A DNA stretch of 64,000 nucleotides from Clostridiales bacterium. GTDB lineage: Bacteria > Bacillota > Clostridia > Christensenellales > UBA3700. A model generated the notes under the pieces. That model had not been told where the DNA came from. It saw only the letters and a program-made list of their open reading frames with translations, and ran no database searches. The translations under genes were made by a program, and so were the position numbers. Shown here piece after piece: positions 27,372 to 35,600 of the stretch; the first letter of the stretch is position 1; each line of letters begins with the position of its first letter. The DNA lies in NCBI GenBank assembly GCA_014799575.1, contig JAAVHS010000015.1, forward strand, positions 220,382 to 284,381, written 5' to 3'.

Positions 27372-29105
27372 TTAGTTTGGCAAACCGACGTATGCGTATA
27401 TATTATCTTCGGAAAGCAAGTATGCAAAATCTTGTTTTTCGGCAAAAGTTCCGTTTCCTGTCTGAAGAATACTTACGCTGACCTCCGGGTCGCCGTCGTC
27501 TTTTTTGCTGAAAGAAGTCTTTTCCCATTTCCAGCCTATCGCCTCGGTTGACATTTCCAATATTTCGCTATTGTAGAAGACGTACTCGCCTATACTTTCA
27601 ACAGTCTTTGGCAAGCGAATATCATTGAACGCAACGCCTGCGAAAGCGTATGCTTTGATTGTGCTAATGCTCGTAGTCCAAATACCGTCCGTATCATAGA
27701 ATCCAAACGTCTCGCCCACTCTTGCATCTTCTTCCGTTTCGTTGTTGCTGATTTTCTCGCCGAAATACGAATTGGTGTCATACGAACCGAAATATGCGTA
27801 TACTTCCGTGTAATCGGCGTTGGTCAACAAGCCGTGCGAATACGTGGACGTATTGCCCTTTTTGCTGAACTTTTGCAAATTGACTATTGCGAAATTCTCG
27901 TTTTCTTCATCTACTTCCAACGCTCTGTCGCGAGTAGCGTAAGACGTACTCTTTGAATAGATTGCAAACGCGCCGTCGCCGATTTCCTCAACGTTCTTGC
28001 CAATCTTGAAGTTGTGCGAATAAAGAAGTCTTGAACAACCCATAAACGTCTTTGCGGGAATTGCCTTGAGAGAATTCGGCAACTGATATGAAGTAATGGT
28101 ATTATTTTCTTTTCCTACAAGTCCGATGTTCTCCAATACGGTACAGTCGAGGAATACTCCCTCTCCCATGCTTTCAAGCTCAATGTCTTCTTCAAAGAAA
28201 ACGTACGAAAGCGAAGTGCATCCCATCAAAGCGTTTGTACCGATGCTCTTAACTGTCGCAGGGATTTTGAATTGTCTGAAATTGGTAGTGACGTTTGCAA
28301 ACGCTCTATCCCCTATGCTCGTAAGATGAGGGAATTCGAGAAGGTTGTTCGAGGTCGAACTCAATTTCGTATCTTGGAAAGCGCCGTTGCCGATAGAAGC
28401 CAACTCGCAGTCCTCGTCAAGAGTGAGTTCCGTAAGCGCTGCGGCTTTGCTGAAAGCGTCCTCGCCGACCTTCTCCAAAACCTTGTTGAAATGCGTTCCT
28501 ATCATTGACGTACAGCTTTCGAACGCGCTCGAGCCGATTTCCAAAAGTCCGCTCGGCATATAGAAGATTTCTTCGTCGATAGCGTTTTCGCCTTCCGTGG
28601 AGTAATCTTCGCTCTTATATGCAAATACGAGCGCGCTGCAGTTCTTGAAAGCTTCGTCTCCGATACGGGTTACGCTGTCGGGGATAATTACCTTTTGCAA
28701 CGCCTTACAACCGCTGAATGCGCCGTCTGGAATTTCTTTAAGAGAGCTAGGCAAAACCACTTTTTCCAAAGCCGTCAAATTTTGGAAAGCTTCGTCTTCA
28801 AAAGTAAAGGACGAATTGGACTTAAACGTAATAGTCTTGATTTCGCTTGCCTTGCTCTTAAACGCGTCTTTGGCTACGGAAACTACTCTGTTGCCTCTTA
28901 CCTTGTCAGGAACGACAACGTCCGTATCGTCGCCGTCATAGCCCGTAATGGTGGCTCTCGTACCGCTCAAAGTATAGGAAAATCCATTTGAGTATTCGGA
29001 AAGACGACCCGCGCTGACGAGAAGTCCTATTACCGTTCCCAAAGATGCCAAAGCCAGTACGAATACCGAAACTACGACGATTATTTGTTTTGTCTTGTTG
29101 TTCAT
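27372..29105 (-). CDS. BspA-type leucine-rich-repeat surface protein, N-terminally membrane-anchored
   Basis: N-terminal TM helix, then repeated units of the type LPSSLKEIPDGAFSGCKALQKVIIPDSVTRIGDEAFKNCSAL (LRR_5-like). Confidence 0.8.
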   Translation of the reverse strand: MNNKTKQIIVVVSVFVLALASLGTVIGLLVSAGRLSEYSNGFSYTLSGTRATITGYDGDDTDVVVPDKVRGNRVVSVAKDAFKSKASEIKTITFKSNSSFTFEDEAFQNLTALEKVVLPSSLKEIPDGAFSGCKALQKVIIPDSVTRIGDEAFKNCSALVFAYKSEDYSTEGENAIDEEIFYMPSGLLEIGSSAFESCTSMIGTHFNKVLEKVGEDAFSKAAALTELTLDEDCELASIGNGAFQDTKLSSTSNNLLEFPHLTSIGDRAFANVTTNFRQFKIPATVKSIGTNALMGCTSLSYVFFEEDIELESMGEGVFLDCTVLENIGLVGKENNTITSYQLPNSLKAIPAKTFMGCSRLLYSHNFKIGKNVEEIGDGAFAIYSKSTSYATRDRALEVDEENENFAIVNLQKFSKKGNTSTYSHGLLTNADYTEVYAYFGSYDTNSYFGEKISNNETEEDARVGETFGFYDTDGIWTTSISTIKAYAFAGVAFNDIRLPKTVESIGEYVFYNSEILEMSTEAIGWKWEKTSFSKKDDGDPEVSVSILQTGNGTFAEKQDFAYLLSEDNIYAYVGLPN

Positions 29106-29245
29106 ATCTACCTCATAAAGTACATTATGGTGTTATATTTTCTTATTATTCCCACCTTCTATTTTTTTATTATAGCATACCAAATAGTAAAATTCAATTA
29201 TTTGTTTATATTATATAAATATAAGATAGGTTTTTATAATTGAGT

Positions 29246-30835
29246 TTACATAGACTTGCAAGCGTTTGCAATAAGTTTTAACGCGACGTTTATTCCGTCG
29301 ACGGAGGCCGAAGTTATTCCGCCTGCGTAGCCTGCTCCCTCTCCGCAAGGCATCAGTCCGATTACGCTACTGTATCCTTTCTCGTCGCGCATAATTCTGA
29401 CGGGCGAGGACGACCTCGTTTCAACTCCCGTCAACAATGCGTCGGGATGAGCAAAACCGTGAAGTTTTTTATCAAACGCGCTTACCGCCTCGCTTATGCT
29501 GTCAGTGACGTAAGCAGGCAAGCATTCTCTCAAATCCGCAAATTCCACGCCTATGGGGTAAGTCGGCTTGACCTCGCCCGGCCTCTGCGTAACTCTACCC
29601 TCTTTCAAATCCTCATAGCGTTGACAAGGCGCTTTGTACGAGCCTGTAAGAGCGTACGCAAGCCTTTCGTACTTGCGTTGAAACTCCACGCCCGCCAAAG
29701 GGTTGTCCGAGCCGAAATCGCTAGGTTCTACGCCTACGAGCAACGCGCTGTTGGCGTTTTTGCCGTCACGAGAGAAATAACTCATGCCGTTTGTTACTAC
29801 CGCGTTTTCTTCCGAAGTCGCAGGCATGACGTAACCGCCTGGACACATACAAAACGTATAGCACGACCTACCGCTTTCCAAATGCGTGGCAAGCGAATAA
29901 GTCGCAGGCGGAAGTCCCGCCGTGTCGCCGTACTGCGCTCTGTCGATATGCTCTTGCAAATGCTCTATACGCACGCCAATAGAAAACGGTTTTGCAATCA
30001 TAAGCGCTTTGGATGAAAGCATCTCAAACGTATCTCTTGCGCTGTGTCCGACGGCAAGAATACAATAGTCGCAATCCACCGTCCAAAGTCCTTTTTCTTT
30101 TGTCTGTACGCTGATAGATTTAAGTCTGCCGTCCTTTACGGTAATATCTGTGAGACGCGAATCGAAATACACGCTACCGCCAAGAGATATGATTTCCTCG
30201 CGTATATTCTTGACGACGTTTATCAATTTATCCGTGCCGATATGCGGCTTTGCCTCGTAGACAATCTGTTCGGGCGCGCCGTGCTTGACAAACTCCGCAA
30301 GCACTACGTTTATCTTATCCGACCCCGTACCAGTATTGAGTTTACCGTCTGAAAACGTACCTGCTCCACCCTCGCCGAACTGCACGTTGCTCTCTACGTC
30401 GAGTACGCATTCGGAGACGAATTTCTCTATGCTCTTCGTCCTCTCTTCCACGCGCTTTCCACGCTCGAAAATAATCGGTTTAAGCCCTGCCTTGGCAAGC
30501 GTAAGTCCTGCGAAAAGTCCCGACGGACCTGCGCCTATAACGACGGGCGACTTGCTCAATTCATTTACTTTGGGAACAATCTCGTCAAGCGAATTTATAG
30601 GCGGAGCGTATATAACGGCCTTTTTGTTTCTCGCAAGGTATTTTCTCTCTGCGCGCAACTTGACGGCTACGCTAATCGCGTAGTGAATGCGCCTCTTATC
30701 TCTGCTGTCTATAGACTTTTTTATTATGCGGTATTCCTCGACTTCGCTCGGCGGAACTCTGAGCGTTGAGGCAAGTTCTCTTTCCAAATCGGGTAAGGTG
30801 TAACCTACGGGAAGTTTCAACTGAATCTTTATCAT
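29246..30835 (-). CDS. FAD-dependent oxidoreductase (COG2509-like uncharacterised dehydrogenase)
   Basis: Dinucleotide fold VVIGAGPSGLFAGL. Characteristic N-terminal domain. The start ATG at 30835 overlaps the upstream stop (ATGA). Confidence 0.75.
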   Translation of the reverse strand: MIKIQLKLPVGYTLPDLERELASTLRVPPSEVEEYRIIKKSIDSRDKRRIHYAISVAVKLRAERKYLARNKKAVIYAPPINSLDEIVPKVNELSKSPVVIGAGPSGLFAGLTLAKAGLKPIIFERGKRVEERTKSIEKFVSECVLDVESNVQFGEGGAGTFSDGKLNTGTGSDKINVVLAEFVKHGAPEQIVYEAKPHIGTDKLINVVKNIREEIISLGGSVYFDSRLTDITVKDGRLKSISVQTKEKGLWTVDCDYCILAVGHSARDTFEMLSSKALMIAKPFSIGVRIEHLQEHIDRAQYGDTAGLPPATYSLATHLESGRSCYTFCMCPGGYVMPATSEENAVVTNGMSYFSRDGKNANSALLVGVEPSDFGSDNPLAGVEFQRKYERLAYALTGSYKAPCQRYEDLKEGRVTQRPGEVKPTYPIGVEFADLRECLPAYVTDSISEAVSAFDKKLHGFAHPDALLTGVETRSSSPVRIMRDEKGYSSVIGLMPCGEGAGYAGGITSASVDGINVALKLIANACKSM

Positions 30836-31992
30836 AACACGTCCTCGCTGCACGCGAGCGCGCTAGCCCAAGCCCAATGCAAATTAAAGCCTCCGCAAAG
30901 TCCGTCCACGTCCGTCGCTTCACCGATAATATACAAGCCTTTGCAAAGTTTGGACTGCAAAGTACTGTCGTCAATGCCGTCCAACTCAATGCCGCCGCTT
31001 GCGACCTGCGCGCTGCTTCTTCCGCTAACTCCGGTTACGTTTACCTTGAAGTTTTTGCAACCGCGCGCGATATCGTCCGCTTTTTTGCGCGACATAATAA
31101 GCGACCTATCCATAGGCACTCTGGAAAGTACGTTGTACGCCAACGCTTTGTGCAAAATGCCTTCAAGCGGCGCGTACGCGCTGCAATTTTCGTAAATATA
31201 ATCGGCAAGGTCTTTTTCGCTCATATCGGGTACGAAGTCTACGATTACCTCGCACGATTTGACGGCATCTCTGTATCTCGCAAGCATAGACGAAAGACGG
31301 AACGCCAACACGCCCGAAAGCGCATTGTCCTTGAAAAGCAACTCCCCTCTCTCTCCCATAAGCGTCTTGCCGTTGACGGCAATGGACGCGTATACTTTTG
31401 CTCTTACTCCGTTCGCTCCTTTGACGTCATTGCAAAGCAACGGCGCAATAGCGTAATTCAATCGCGTTGTCCTGTGTCCGAATTCGCCGACAAGCGAGTG
31501 CGAGTTGAATCCCGAAGTCGCGTCGCTACCCGTCGCAAGCACGACTTTATCCGCGAGGTATTCGCCCTTCGTCGCGATTACCTTAAAGCCGTCGCCTTTC
31601 TTCTCTATCTTCTGCGCGGAGCAGTCGCATATTGTCTGTACGCCATACTCGGCAAGTCTTTGGAGCAACACGTTGAGCGCGGTCGTTGCGCTTTCGCTGT
31701 ACGGATAAACTCTTCCCTCGGAATCGGCCTTGCAAAGCAAACCGAGCGAAGCAAACTCCGCTATAATCTTTTGCGCGTCATACCTTGACAAAACCTTTTC
31801 CACAAAAGAGCTGTTGTACGCGTCTTTGGATACGCTCAAGTTGGAAAGATTGCATTTGCCGTTGCCGGTAGCGAGCAACTTCTTGCCCACGCGGTCGTTC
31901 CTTTCCAAAATCGTAACATCTGCGCCTTTTTGAGCAGATTTGAGCGCGCACATCATTCCCGACGCGCCTCCGCCGATAATAAGTATTTTCAT
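30832..31992 (-). CDS. HI0933/BaiN-like flavoprotein (aminoacetone-oxidase family FAD enzyme)
   Basis: MKILIIGGGASGMMCA...GKKLLATGNGKCNLSN signature. Confidence 0.8.
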   Translation of the reverse strand: MKILIIGGGASGMMCALKSAQKGADVTILERNDRVGKKLLATGNGKCNLSNLSVSKDAYNSSFVEKVLSRYDAQKIIAEFASLGLLCKADSEGRVYPYSESATTALNVLLQRLAEYGVQTICDCSAQKIEKKGDGFKVIATKGEYLADKVVLATGSDATSGFNSHSLVGEFGHRTTRLNYAIAPLLCNDVKGANGVRAKVYASIAVNGKTLMGERGELLFKDNALSGVLAFRLSSMLARYRDAVKSCEVIVDFVPDMSEKDLADYIYENCSAYAPLEGILHKALAYNVLSRVPMDRSLIMSRKKADDIARGCKNFKVNVTGVSGRSSAQVASGGIELDGIDDSTLQSKLCKGLYIIGEATDVDGLCGGFNLHWAWASALACSEDVL

Positions 31993-32009
31993 AATACCGT
32001 CCTATAAAG

Positions 32010-32031
32010 AAAGCGGTATTTCTACCGCTTT
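32010..32031 (-). terminator. Hairpin terminator downstream of the giant-gene operon
   Basis: 9-bp stem AAAGCGGTA/TACCGCTTT with a 4-nt loop, 28 nt after the stop at 32059. T-rich flank CTTTAT on the minus strand. Confidence 0.6.
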
Positions 32032-32058
32032 ACTTTTAATTGAATTAGTCTTCGCCAA

Positions 32059-32601
32059 TCAATACGTGAGAGTAGTAATGATTTGCGTCTTAAATCCATC
32101 GACGTAGTATTCGATTTCAATCGAAGTCAATCTCTTTGGATCTACGTTTGCGACAACGCTGACGCTTGCATTCGTAGCGTTGGCAATTCCGAGGAATGAG
32201 CTTACGTCTTTAACGTCTGCATTAAACGTAGCAGTCGTCTTAGAAGTTACGAACGCAATATTCTCGAAATAATCTGCGTTGAAGTCAAGACCGCTGCCGT
32301 TTGCGCCCAAGGCGAATGACGGAGCGTTGACGTTCGCATCCGAAGTTTCTACGCCGTTTTCGTTGCGATAGACAATCGTCGAGCCGTAAGATACGGTGAT
32401 CTCGTATTCTCTCGACTTCTCTCCGCTATCCTCCTTGAAAGAAGCAAGGTTGAGAATATCTTCCTGTTTCATGGCATTGTCGTTGCAACCTACGAACGCC
32501 ATTACCGTCATCACGCCGACAAGCATAATTGCGATTACGCTCAAAATTCTCTTAGCGTTTTTCTTACCGCTTACCTTTTTCGCTTTGCGCTCTTCTTGCA
32601 C
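32059..32601 (-). other. Candidate internal translation unit: 180-aa lipoprotein, in frame with giant protein 3
   Basis: AAGGAGG (32616-32610), 8-nt spacer, GTG (32601-32599). The product would begin (M)QEERKAKKVSGKKNAKRILSVIAIMLVGVMTVMAFVGC, i.e. a basic n-region, an h-region and lipobox FVGC. Confidence 0.35.
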
Positions 32602-35600
32602 TGCCTCGTCCTCCTTTCTCTTCTTTGCGACGACGCCAAGCATTAAGCCGATGGCGCCAAGTCCGAGACTTGCGCTCGAAAGAGCCATTGCGGTAGCGCT
32701 TGTCGAATTATTGCTCTTGCCCACTGCCTTAGCCGCGACGTTCTGCGCGCCTGCGATTGCTGCGGTAGCGTCCGAAAGCAACTTCTCAAGCGAAGCGTCC
32801 AAAGCTGCGATGTGATTTGTGTCGAGCAAAGACATATCGTCTGCGTGTACGTTGTTGATACGTTCTTTAAGTTCTCTGTATGCAGAGAGATTGCTGAACG
32901 TAACCGTCTTGATAGCGTTGATTCTCGTTGCGAGGTCCTTTGCGTCGATACCCGTTCTTACAAAGAGTTCCAAAACGTTGGATTCATAGTAGTTGGGGTC
33001 GAAGTTCTCGCTGGTTTCCATTCTCGTAACTCTAATCTTGATGTAATAGTTGTTCAACGGGTCTACGTTGGTGTAAACGTAAGACTTATTGCTATCGGCA
33101 GGCTCGAAAGAGTCGTCGCCGTCTGCGCTGTTGACGCTATATTCAAGACCCGCGATATCGCTTGAGAATACAAGTCTGTCATAATGCACTTCCATTTTGA
33201 TGTCAGCCGCGGTAAGATTACGAACTGCTCTGTTGACCGTGAAGGTAAGAGTATGTTCGCCCGAGAACGTTTCTCCGTCACCCTTGAGCACCATCTTGTA
33301 AGTACCTGCGTTTCTGATTTCACCGTTGACGTCATTGCCGTCCGCATCGGTGAATCTAATGGATATTACTTCTTTAACTGCCTCGTCGTAAACGTAGAAG
33401 TCAAATCTCGAGAAGAGGTTTTCGCCCGTGTATACGACTTCCTTAGCGTCGATATCGCGACCGATACGCTTGCCGTCGAACGTAACGAAGAGATAGTTTT
33501 CAATTTCATTAAAGTTCGCGTCGATAACGAGCAACGTACCCCAAGTGTATTTAATATCATAGTTGCCCGCGTCGATAGCGTCGCCGATAAACTCAATTCT
33601 TACGACGTTGTCGTAGGTTTGATTTGCAACGTCGACAAAATCCGATTCCTCAACGTACAATCTATAACTGATATTGTCAGCAGCGACAAAGCTTCCTGCG
33701 AGAGTATAAGGCAACTGTCCGTCGTCGATATAATCTCTGTCATTCAAGTCAGTGCCTGCCTTGACAGCCTTCAACGAACCTGGGATGTGATAAACTCTTA
33801 TTGCATCGTTTACCGCGACGGTAATAGGTCTCGGAGTAATCGTAACTATAGCGTCGTCGAATTCGGAGTAATCTACGTCTTTCAATACGTAGTTTTCATT
33901 TGTGCCTGTAACAACGCCGTTTACTACGTTGCTGACTTTGTTGCCTTCGATTCTTGCGATATAAGTACCTACGTTTTGCGGTTCGTTGACAATATTGCCG
34001 CGCTCGTCATAGAAGTTGAATTCAACTGAGATATTATCTCCCTCAACGACTGCGTCGTCTTCGAACGTAATATTAACTTTCGGATGTCTATGGCTACCGT
34101 TGTAGACGTAGGTGCTGACGGTCACGTTCGGGTCATCACTGTCGCCCACGACTTCAAAATCTTTAATACCGATTGCTTTCGGATTGATTATGAGAAGAGC
34201 CGAACCGTTGATGACAACGTTGTAGTTGGCGATTGCGTCAGGATTCAAAGTATCGAACTCTACGCTCAAATTGTAAGTACCTACGTTCTTCGGCTGACCT
34301 TCAACAATCTCGCCCTCCAACGTATATACCCAGTTTTCTTGCATATGGTCTCCCGACATAAAGCCGTCGCCTTCGATTTCATAAGTCGGAGTAGGCAACT
34401 CGTCGCCGTACGTGATTTCTCTTACGTCCAAATACGTTCTGACGTTGACAGTCAACTTCTCTACTATCACGTAACTGCATCTTTGAGATATATTGCTATC
34501 TACAGAATTGGTGATTGTAACAGTGTAGTTGTTGGCTTTATCGAAAGAGGTATCGCCGTTCACGCCGCTTCCCGTAACTGCATTTAAATCAGCAAGGATA
34601 GGAATTTCTTCTCCTACTTGACTCGACGTATTTGCCGTCGTGGTAAGAGGAAGAATGATATTATCCTCTGCTCTGAAGTATGCATTTGAATTGCCCGAGT
34701 ACGACCACGCTCTATTAGCATCGGTGGCATTAGCCGCAAAGCTGAGCCAATTTACTTCTTTAGAGTATTCTTTGTGGATGTTTTTGAGTTGAACTTTTAC
34801 TTCGAGTTTTTGCACGTTGACGTAACTTGTACGCAATTCAAACGTGTAGTTGTTGTATACGTCTCTATTATACTCGTTGTAAACGTAGTGGATGTATCCC
34901 GCCTCGTGGTCTTGAGAGTGGTCTTGACCGCATGAGAGCAAAAGCATAGGATATACTATATAACAGCCGATGTCCCAAATTTCGGACGGCAAAGCGTATA
35001 TTTCATCCAAATCGGACAATCTCTCATAATCCGGATAAACGCTCTCGGGAGTAGGATTTGGCAAATTAGGATCAATAGGGTCGCCTATGCGTTGATATCT
35101 ATACGTTACTTGATTATAACGTCCGTGTTCTACCGAAAGTCCGGTGTCGAGCGTGGAGTTGAAACGCTCGAAAGAACCTGAGCCCGGTTGAATACTTCTG
35201 CCGAAAGTATATTCGACCTGTTGATTCGGCGTAACGCGGAACGTAACCGATCTTTGAACTATGTCAATCTCGTACGCTCTTGAAGAATCCAAGTAGTTGG
35301 CATTACTTTCGTTTTCGATATAATAAGTAATACGGTAATGACCTACGGTGCTTGGGAGAGACTCCAAATCTATCCAATTGCCGTTAATTCTTTGCTCATA
35401 CGTCGCTCTGGTCGGCTCAACTCTGGTGACGCCGTCTTTTGCGATAGCGTATGCATACGGACCTTCTTCCTCAGGCATTATATCGCCGTAGAAGAATTCT
35501 GTCTGTTCCGGCGTCTCGAAATCAATCTCAGCCGGCAAGATAGTAACGATAAAGGTCGTTATGTTTGGCAAGTTGTAGTTGTCCGACGCAGTACCGTCTG

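Noticed and set aside
23774-29245. An intact prophage or integrative element inserted at tRNA-Ser.
   Set aside because: There are no integrase, recombinase, excisionase or structural or replication genes. I could not find a duplicated copy of the tRNA 3' end downstream. Only a possible remnant remains, and it is reported as a low-interest finding.
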